Assembly (NCBI GenBank): GCA_002633005.1
Contig: NMRA01000012.1
Location: forward strand, 1,659,911 to 1,704,709
Length of the DNA stretch: 44,799 nt
DNA from: Phoronis australis
Taxonomy: Eukaryota > Animalia > Phoronida
Reading direction: 5' to 3'
In this document: positions 35,877-44,799 of the stretch, piece by piece
How the letters are laid out: each line of letters starts with the position of its first letter
Position numbering within the stretch: the stretch's first letter is position 1
Translations under genes and position numbers: made by a program
Notes under the pieces: generated by a model
What the model was told of the DNA's origin: nothing
What the model saw: only the letters and a program-made list of their open reading frames with translations
Database searches by the model: none

Positions 35877-36004
35877 TTAATCCAGTTCTTTTGTTTCCTG
35901 CCCAAGTTTTCTCAGAACGGTTTGAAATATCTTGGAAAATATTTTCGAACTTTTGTGGTTCTCCATTCTACGTAGCAGTCTCAATGAATCTTGCAATTCT
36001 TGTC
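35877..36004 (-). CDS. Final coding exon of the candidate neuropeptide precursor (C-terminal associated peptide)
   Basis: Pyrimidine-rich acceptor ...tttcctttacaaaacattccag. In phase 1 it reads (G)QELQDSLRLLRRMENHKSSKIFSKIFQTVLRKLGQETKELD*. The other two frames stop within about 12 codons. Confidence 0.6.
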
Positions 36005-37458
36005 CTGGAATGTTTTGTAAAGGAAATATAATAAAATACAAACTGACACTTCAACGATTCTAACGCACAGTTAAAATATAACCGAAAAGAAATTACATCA
36101 ATTTTTAACGATCGATTGAATTCATGCTCACGTATATACATCAAATCAACATGAGAAGTTTCATTAACTTTTTTGAATCAGTGAATCGTCAACATCAACG
36201 ATTTTTACTGCCAATAGATGTATCCAGCAAAGTACATGTAATCAAGTCACTAATTCCAGGTGACAAGTATCACGCAGTCAACCCAGGGCCTATGTATATA
36301 ACTTGAAAATAATTCAAATTGTAAACACTTAGTGAATTTGAAAGTATGGGAAGTACTGATGATTTTTTATTCTAGTAGACTCATTTTTTCCCTTTAGGGT
36401 CATTCACTCCACGCTTAAAGAACCTCCGTCTTTATCGGAATAACAAGAAATTGGGGGTGACTTGGTACATTAAAACTTTTAAGTTATCAAAAAAGCGGAG
36501 CTCTAGTTGAGGCTTAGAGTTGATTATCTGTTATAAGGCTTTCGTAATTGTAATTATCCTGTAGTAATACACGGATGATGGGTGTACGGATGATGGATCT
36601 TGCGGTAATTAAAAGACACCACGGAACCAAACCTGGTCATTGTACATTTATATTTATCCCGTAAATTCGGTCACTTTCATTTTAAAATGACAAGGAAACC
36701 GTAAAAATGAATAGACGATTTTAAAAAGCTGTTCAGTGCAGCTTGAATGTTTCCCCCGTATTAGCACGCCCACTTTATCAACTTAAGAATAGAATGCGAC
36801 GTGTCCTGACTTCACCATTTCAACTTTACTTCTCTTGAGTTTGTCATAAGAGTTTTGCACTAGACTCGGATTTACGTACTGAAAGGATTTGATCGCGTTT
36901 AGACTACTTTCTCGAGCCTTTTTCATAACGAACTTTTAGTGTACAACTCTCTTCGCACCAATCTTACTTTCACCTTACCATATGCCAGCCACAGTCACCA
37001 GGTATGAAAAATGTTCAGCCGTCAATGTTCGATTTACGCATAACGTAGAAACGAATGTAGAAACGGTACCCCATTTGTCATCTCAAAATTTCTTTCGAAG
37101 GTCGCTTTAGGGAACAGCGACGGTGGTAGTGAAAATAACAAATGTAAATTTAAAGTTGGCCGACCGGAGATTCTGGACACTGGAAGTTGCCAAAAATGAT
37201 AACTGTACAGTGGCGGATCTAGGATACCATGAGGGTGGGCCCGACGTCCTCGGGGAATTGGGCAAAGCTCGATAGTATGTGCAAGTAGGCGGAAGGTGCG
37301 GGGGCCGTGAATGTATAAATGTATACCTTCTGTTCGGGAAATCTATAGCTGGACTAAAAAAAAAACAAAAACAAAAGAAAAAAAAACAAAAAAAACGGGA
37401 ATGTGTTTTTTCTTTCCTCGTCCGCTCCCTATCTTAGCTCCTACTCAGNGGGCGGTGG

Positions 37459-37666
37459 GCCAATACATATCTGGCAATACATATCTGCCAATGCATGTCT
37501 ACCAGTGCACGTCTGCCCAGTGCACGTCTGCCAGTGCACGTCTGCCAGTTCACGTCTGCCGGTGCACGCCTGCCAGTGCACGCCTGCCAGTGCACGCGTG
37601 CCACTGCACGTCTTCCAGTGCACGTCTGCCAGTGCACGTCTGCCAATGCATATTTGCCAATACATA
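37459..37666. repeat. 14-bp minisatellite (GCCAGTGCACGTCT), about 15 units, intronic
   Basis: Directly visible. It produces the repetitive ORFs at 37311-37765. Confidence 0.95.
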
Positions 37667-37711
37667 ATACCTAGATTGTAGTACTGTTTTAAGGATTCGT
37701 GCAGCCCTTAC

Positions 37712-37877
37712 CAGTAACATCCTCGTGTTGATTGCTAACGCCGTTTCTCTTCCCATACCTAACAAAATTCCAATACTGTTTCATAAAGTCATTATCCAGG
37801 CTGGCGGGGATGAAAGTACAAGCGCATGTGCTGATGACAAAGAACAAAATTACTGTTCGCGAAAGCAGAAGTCTCAT
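37712..37877 (-). CDS. First coding exon of a candidate RYamide-type neuropeptide precursor
   Basis: Acceptor ttcttctccag (exon starts 37915), AAAATG start context, donor CTG|gtaagg. MRLLLSRTVILFFVISTCACTFIPASLDNDFMKQYWNFVRY-GKR-NGVSNQHEDVT reads as signal peptide, peptide, Gly amide donor and dibasic cleavage site. Confidence 0.8.
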
Positions 37878-39007
37878 TTTTCGTGCCGAGGAAGGTCCAA
37901 ACCAAATGTGGTCTACTGGAGAAGAACCAAAGATTGTTTTTTTAAATCAACCCTTATTTTTGTACCAAATGAAATCCTTGATTGAATTTGATGGCGTGCA
38001 GACGTAGATGTCTCGAGAGACGGAGATGATGATAATTAGCGCTCCACAATTGTTGGCGTTTGACAGATCGCATTAATAACTTTGATTAATTCGACGACGA
38101 CGCAGTTTTAGAGCGAGGACGGACTAATTTCATTATTCAGTTTTAGGTCGACACAAGATCAAACATAACAGGGGGATCAAGAATTTTTAAAGGGGGTTGG
38201 ATCAAGGATTTTTTAAAAAGAGTGTCTGGGTCAACAATTTGAAAATTATAGATTTGATATCACTAAAATCAACGGAAAAAGGGGAGGTCCGGACCACTTG
38301 AAACTCTGGATCCGCCTATTCGTACACCAGTACGTACTGAAGGGCGTCATTCGGATTCCTCAGAATATGACGGGTCGAGCAGAGCGTCATTGTCGCAAGC
38401 GTTACGCGTATGACAGAAAAAGGCATCTAATGATTCTTCTGAACGAGTTCCATCTCAGCTAGTCCCCGATTTAAGGTTGCCGGGCAGGGGTCCTGCCCCC
38501 CCCCCTTGGCCGCAAAAAAAGAAGTAAAACGACACAGAAATAAATGTGTGCATTTACTCTGTTGCGGCTAATCGCGAGCAAGTACTTTAATGTGTGTGCG
38601 TGTGTTGGACACAGCCAGTACAAAATGAAAATTATCTCCTCACGATATCCTAGATCTGCCACTGGGTCCCTCACCGTTTATCTAGGCATGTTTTTCAGTG
38701 ATGAAATTTTGTTCCTGGCCTTTATTTTGGAGCAATATCTCTCCAAGCCTGTTGCTTACGTTGACTTGATTTGGCACCAATTTTCTTGTTCTCTATGACA
38801 TTGACTTTTTCTCTCATCAGTTATGGGAGGGAGCATTTTTCTTCGTGAGAATAGCTTTTAGCCTTTTTCGCAGATGTCTGCACTGATTCTACTGTAGTGT
38901 GCCATTGTGTACCCACGTGATCAAGATTTCATTGAAGCACTTCAATAGTTTCTTTGTTGGGTTAATGCGGACCAACACAGTGGGGTGGCTTGAATCCTTT
39001 AAACCTG

Positions 39008-39443
39008 CCTCCCGTTCAGCAACGCTAGGACCTCGCTAAAAAGCAAGACTTCACGAGATTACGTGAGATATTGCCGTGTATTTCAAATGAGAACACGTGA
39101 CTTTGACTAAATTTTAGCTAGGTCCTAGCGCACTAGGTCCTAGCGTCTACTGAACGCACGCCAGGTTTTACTAAACCCGCTTTATGGTCTAACAAAACCA
39201 GACTTGCAGACTTTTAAACCACGTTGGTGAAATGCAAGTTAGGTCTAAAATTAGACCAGGTTTAGGAAGAGCAGGTTTAAGTCTTAAACCTGGCGTGCGT
39301 TCAGTAGACGCTAGGACCTACGCTACTTCCTAGCTAAAATCTAGTCAAGGTCACGTGTTCTCATTTAAAATACACGGCAATATCTCACGCAGTCTCGCGA
39401 AGTCTTGCTTTTTAGCGAGGTCCTAGCGTTACTGAATGGGAGG
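39008..39443. mobile_element. Two inverted copies of a ~150-bp Harbinger-type MITE (39008-39161, 39293-39443) within an AAACCWGGTTT-rich host repeat
   Basis: The arms are reverse complements, and each copy has its own short TIRs and CWG flanks (CTG/CAG; CTG/CTG). Confidence 0.8.
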
Positions 39444-40482
39444 CTGGTTTTGTTAAACCACCTTTATGAAATCGGCTGTCTATGTCTGGGGACGTAATAG
39501 CAGTCCTGCGTATAGCGCTGTGCGAGGGTGTTCACGCGCCTCGTAACTAATCAGACACTTGTGGTTAGGAATGATGCATCCTCAAAATTCAAAAAGGCTC
39601 CAAGAGGCCGATGGCAGACGCAAAGTCGGTCATGGGGTGCTCCATCGAAACAGGAACCCCGGTGTAATACAGATATCCCGGAGTCGAAAACAGACTTCTG
39701 CACCATCAAAACAGTTAACCAACCCCAAAACACGACCCCTGATGTTTAAAACAGGAAACCCCGGGATCGGACAGGAAGCCGGACAATTTTTCAATTTTTT
39801 CGAGACCGTAGTCTGTAGCCTCAAACTTTGAGTTAAAGCATCTTCAAGAACTTTTCAGTTGTTTTCTGCATTTGTTTGTTAGAAATTTTCAATAATAAAA
39901 CGTAACTTATATTATATTGACTTTGTTGTTTGACTTTTATCGGTAAAACTTGTGTAACTTGTTTGTTTGCGATTTTCAACACAATTCATACTCTCACACG
40001 TTGTTATCTCGGTGAATATTTAGTTAATTTCAGATTATTTATAGTTTGTAAATCTGTGAGGGGTACTCAGTTTCGCAATTACAGATAAACAAAATACATA
40101 AAAACATTTCTGATATTTTAAGTAATCATTTCAATTTCAAAAACCATAATCTACAAGCTTTCTGTACAAATAATAGAACAACTCCAGTACCCCTCACACA
40201 CTCACAAGAGAACAATTTTGGATAGATAAGCTTAAAACACTTGAACCCAATCTATTAAACATAAAGACTTCTTAAATTATATTATATGTTGTTTTCAACT
40301 GAGGAATATCAATGGATACGTAGAAAACTGCGAATTGTATTATGTTATCAACTCCATGGAATAATATCTGAGAGGTGTTAATTGTCGATTTAGTTGGGCA
40401 AAGATAGATACTGTTGACCAGGAAAAATGCTGGGGAAAATTTCATTCAAACAAGCTTTCCAAATTTGATAATTTTGTGGTAA

Positions 40483-40702
40483 CAGGCGCGCACCGAGCCT
40501 AAAATTGGAGGCCTCGAATTTTGAGAATGTGGACCTTTTACTAAAGATTCACGGAATAAGTTCAGAGCTATAAATTGTGCATTCGCCGAATTTGGTACTC
40601 CTTGCCTTTTTAGTGGACTTTTGTCTCGCTTTCTACTTTTTTCAGAGTTTTTGTTTCTCCGAGGCGGACATTTTTGCCCACTTCACCGCGGATGCACGCA
40701 TT
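40483..40702 (-). mobile_element. MITE family A copy 3 (reverse, more diverged)
   Basis: Reverse-complement matches to AAAAGGTCCACAT, AAAAGTCCACTAAAA and GAAGTGGGCAAAAA; terminus CAGGCGCGCACCGAG. Confidence 0.75.
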
Positions 40703-42009
40703 TACATGTGACTTAGACATGTGGACTCTTGATTTTTTTGTAATAAAGATGGCCCGCTCTTTAACTGCGAATTTGCAAGCACGTAATTTTTTCTCAAAAT
40801 GATTTTTCCTCTGGTGATGTGCTTTAAAATTAAAGATTTACTGTTTCCCTAGGGAAGTGTGGACTTTTCGTACTTATCAGGCTCAGATCAACTCGTTTCG
40901 CCAGTTGTGCACTCGGCTGAATGTTCCTGAAGCTGTGTTATCGGTGAGAAAGTAGGATGAAACTTCATAAAACGCAGCACTAGTTAAAGAGCTCCCAAAT
41001 AGGCTGACAAAAATTGTCTCTTAGCGCTCAAGAATGGGAAATGGATTACTATAGCTGTCTTCAATCTACTTTATTCACTTTCCTCATACCATAACATATA
41101 TTTTAGCATCCGAAAAAATAATTGAAAGTAAAAAATAAGCCTATAGATAATATTGTTGCAAATACATCGTTAGTAACTGGGACCAGAAATTACTTCCTGG
41201 TTTGTGAAGGTAAGATGCAACGTTGTGAGTTGCGTACTTGAAACGGCAATGCACTTTCAAAATATTTGTTTGAGTTCCTGTAAAATAGCAATATCTGTTG
41301 CGAATGCGTCTGAATAATTCAATATTTTGTATTTAATATATAGTGATTTTGTCATTTTTCCTTTCTAATCGATTTTTATAAAACAATATTAGAGACCCAG
41401 GCAGCGGTCACGACGGACTCTCGAACATACCCAAATAAGTCAAGTAAGTGGCAATCCGGTAGTGTACGTTGAAGTAATCGATAAAATTCCGTGGTTTTGC
41501 CGTGTGTAATTAAGAATGCTAACTTGGAATTCTTTTTGGACATTGCTTTCTCCATTAGCTTATCTCATATTGTGCTGTCGACCTCAGATTCGGAGTGCCA
41601 TCTGCAGTTAATATCCATCTTGTCAGTCAGCTGTCTGTCGAATGACTGTGAGCGTATTCTTGCATTTATCACAAGTGGAAAAGAGATTAGAATATCTGTG
41701 GTGACTACAGAATTTTTCCTTCACATGTATTTCTAAAATTGTGAATTTTGTGATTTTTTCTGGACATTGCCTCTCAGGGGGAATGAATTGCTCTGTATTA
41801 AAGGTTTAATAAACATTTTTGACGAGCTTCCGCGTTCCATACCTCTTTAAATCTGTAAAAAGCAGCCAACCTCTTTCATTAAGAAAAACAGTTTAACAAG
41901 CATGAAACTGATATACACCAAACTTGTCAAGTCATCAAAAGCGTAATTTCTAATTATTTTTCTACGACCGTTCTTCTTCATTTTATTACTTCTGAAGCAT
42001 CTAGATACA

Positions 42010-42350
42010 TTTACTGACAGACAGGAAATAACCGATTAACTCAACAATTATGTAGAGAAAAACATATAGTTTCTGAAATACCTATATGCAATAGCCATTT
42101 TGAAAATTGAAAACTGTTGGTGATGACGATGTGTTAAAAATAATGAAAAATCTTCAATCAAAATCCATTACATGCAGTGATGGCATAACATTTTCATTTA
42201 TCAAAAAAATCATTTTGCGCAAACCAATTTCCTTGATTAAAAGTCAGTATTTTCTCAGAAGTACTTTCCAAGATGATTTAAAAGTTGCGAAGATAATTCT
42301 TATTTATAATGAAAATGTTTATGATCAAATAAATATAGTTATTTTTCTCA
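42010..42350 (+). mobile_element. CR1/L2-clade LINE ORF2 fragment (region preceding the RT core)
   Basis: FTDRQEITD*LNNY ... VGDDDVLKIMKNLQSKSITCSDGITFSFIKK..KPISLI....FQDDLKVAKIILIY resembles 'V.KII..LK.K.S.G.DGI...FPD.LK.AKVIPIYK'. Confidence 0.75.
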
Positions 42351-44386
42351 TGATAAACTTTTGTGGAAATTTCAGTATGCCTTCACACATAATCACTCTG
42401 CTGAAGTGGCTGCCACCGAACTTGTCCATTTTCTCTATAGTGATTTATGACACTTTCACTGAAACTCCGTCACAACTCCCTTTACTCTAACTTTCCAAAT
42501 AGTGGCATCGGAGTTTCCGCTAGTTCGAGGGATTAAATTCCAGGTGGCGTAGTTGATTTGCACTCTGTGCCATGCTCGTTCGATACAAAATTTGTCTATT
42601 TCCGTGTGACGTTATCGCTTACATTACTACATATAGTAACTTACATATGTTCATTATAATGTGGTACGGATAACGACGAATTGTATCGAATGAGAGGTCT
42701 TCTGGTTTGCAATGTCACGACCTCTGGCGATTAATCACATCGGAGTGCTGTTAACCCTTCCGCAAATTCCACAGTTTTGTCCACGTATTTTGACAGGAGT
42801 TGCGTTGACTGTTTAAGTCCTGAAGTTATGCTTTCCATTGGCCAAAAATCCACAAAACAATGGAATTGAAAAGTCAATGGAATGGGACATTAGACAAACG
42901 CTTGAACCATATTTATGGATTTTTTAATGCCTCTGACACCATCGTTATAAGAAATCTTCCTTTCATTTCGTTCTAAGTATTGCTGTTCATGTTGTAATTT
43001 TTCCTTTTTTCTGTTATCAAACCACAACCTTTTTGAGCACAATTTTGTACCTGGGCCGGAACCACTGAGAAAGTCGTTGACTATTTCTGTGTCTTGAGTT
43101 CCTTTTTCACGAACAATTTTTGAATGCCTGTCTTGTCGTCCTTGAAAACGTATTGATAACACCAAAGCGAAAAACCGTTGCTGTTTTATTTGGTTGTTTT
43201 TGATGCCCATTTTGGTTATTGTTATACAAATGTTATCTTACATTGTCCAAATATTTCGCGATTTGTTTGGACACAGACGAGTAATCTTTTTTCATTTTTG
43301 AGAAACCTCATAGCTGTGTCAGTTATGCATTTTTTCAGGTGTCCGAAACATCTGTATAAACAAGGGCTTTGATTGGCTTAGGCCAGTGATAAGGCCAAAA
43401 TCAGCCATTGGCACTGTGGTCTTAAGTCCAAAGTTTCATAAGAAAAAAATAAAAATAAAACTATTAATGACGTTGGAATTTTCAATTTTTCTAATATTTT
43501 TATCATCAGTAAATACATTTCATAATTTGCATCCACAGGTAAATTAAAAAATGCCAGAAATTTTCGACTTCTCAGTTAACGTGTTTGCTACATGCCTACA
43601 GCTTATAGTGTATGGCACCAAATTGAAAAGTCTTTCCGTTTTCTTGAAGGAGATAGGAAGACTTGAAAACTTTCTTTACGAAGAGAACCTGTTGATCCAT
43701 AACGGAGCTCTCAAGTTTTTATCTCAGGTGTTTGGTGCAATGCGCCCAACCATGAGGCCTGCGCACATCTGATGCACCCCAAATAACATCAGACCACCTC
43801 CACTTTTTAACAGGGCTGAAGCCTTCATCAGTGTTAGGTCTTGCCGCTAGTTGTCGCTAAGCGTGATACAGGGTTAGAGGGGGCAATTAGCAAAGATGAT
43901 TTTTCTGTTAATCTTCGAAGTTTTGGTATAGTCGTTAATAAACACCGAGTCTGTATTTAAACGCCGTCACATCTGTATTTTATAAAAGTTCAGGCTTCAG
44001 TTAATACATCGGGAGGGCAAATTTTGCGGTATTTGTAATAATAATACGCAGACTTTTTCACGCTCGAGCTGCCGTCACATGAGTAAGGGAAAACACAAGT
44101 CTCAATTTTCAAGGGCTAATCAACCTCGTCGGCTGTAATGTAGGGCTTACCCCTTGAGCCCCCGTCGTCTTCAGGATTATATTAAATTTAACTTGTTAAA
44201 TGCATTTATCGTCATTATTTTGACACTTGTCTCTTTATTTTGAGACCAGTCCTTAGGGTTTATTTTGCCGCATTACTCATCTCTATTTATAGCCTCTAGG
44301 GCCTACTTTTGTATTCATACGTTTCTCTACGCGACTCCTGATTGGTCGCCCATATTTCCTTTGTTCTGTTCAACGTGGTCTCTCAC

Positions 44387-44799
44387 CTTGACTCTGCCAC
44401 CATGACTGCTTCTCTCCCACAGGACAAGGTGGACAGAGCTTCCAACCTCCTGCCCGACTTCCAAAAGCGCCGCAAGGTTACTCTTCGTGACCTTCAATCC
44501 CTCATTGGCCTACTAAACTTCGCCTGCTCCGTCATCGTGCCCGGCCGCGCCTTCCTGCGCCGACTCATCAACCTCACCATCGGCATTTCGAGACCAGACC
44601 ACTTTGTCACTCTCAATAAAGAAGCTAGAGCGGACCTTCGGGCTTGGTCCATCTTTCTCCGAGGCTTCAATGGGAAAACACTGTTCCTATTCGACGAGTG
44701 GACATCTTCAGACACCATCAAACTGTACTCTGATGCTGCGGGCTCCAACGGGGGTTTTGCTGCGACATTGGGAGCTTCCTGGTTTGCCTGCCCGTGGCC
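44387..44799 (+). mobile_element. DIRS/Ngaro (tyrosine-recombinase retrotransposon) RT C-terminus plus RNase H start, open to the window end
   Basis: LDSATMTASLPQDKV...KVTLRDLQSLIGLLNFACSVIVPGRAFLRRLINLT...ARADLRAWSIFLRGFNGKTLF...LYSDAAGSNGGFAATLGASWFACPW, with no stop over 137 codons. It is missing from the ORF track because it runs off the edge. Confidence 0.9.

Noticed and set aside
37311-37765. Cys/His-rich repetitive ORFs
   Set aside because: Translations of the 14-bp minisatellite, open in several frames on both strands.
39480-39830. Overlapping ORFs, possibly a LINE ORF1 zinc-finger tail
   Set aside because: Resemblance is faint and interrupted by stops.
42890-43772. ORFs of 106, 64 and 73 aa
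   Set aside because: No recognisable domain or coherent exon structure.

Overview
Eukaryotic, AT-rich, repeat-dense genomic DNA, probably from a marine invertebrate draft assembly (GT-AG introns, no prokaryotic features, single-N contig joins at 6502, 12387, 20845 and 37449). Host genes reconstructed by hand: (1) a minus-strand secreted protein with an atypical CUB domain, coding exons 18217-18133, 13722-13535 and 365-161, continuing off the left edge; (2) a plus-strand signal peptide plus leucine-rich-repeat (Toll-like receptor type) ORF at 6062, cut by a gap and lying inside the CUB gene's 13-kb intron; (3) a minus-strand 97-aa candidate neuropeptide precursor (exons 37877-37712 and 36004-35877) predicted to release one amidated peptide ending ...MKQYWNFVRY-NH2, which I cannot assign to a known family. 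This is the best novelty candidate. The rest is layered transposon sequence: 5-bp-TSD hAT5-like elements, Harbinger-type MITEs, a TA-flanked foldback element, a CACTA-like 4.5-kb element containing a THAP pseudogene interrupted by a 9-bp-TSD long-TIR element, Helentron-like core-repeat arrays, CR1/L2 LINE remnants, and a DIRS/Ngaro RT-RNase H at the right edge. About 0.9 kb around the N at 12387 is an apparent haplotype duplication. All family assignments come from reading motifs, not from database searches.
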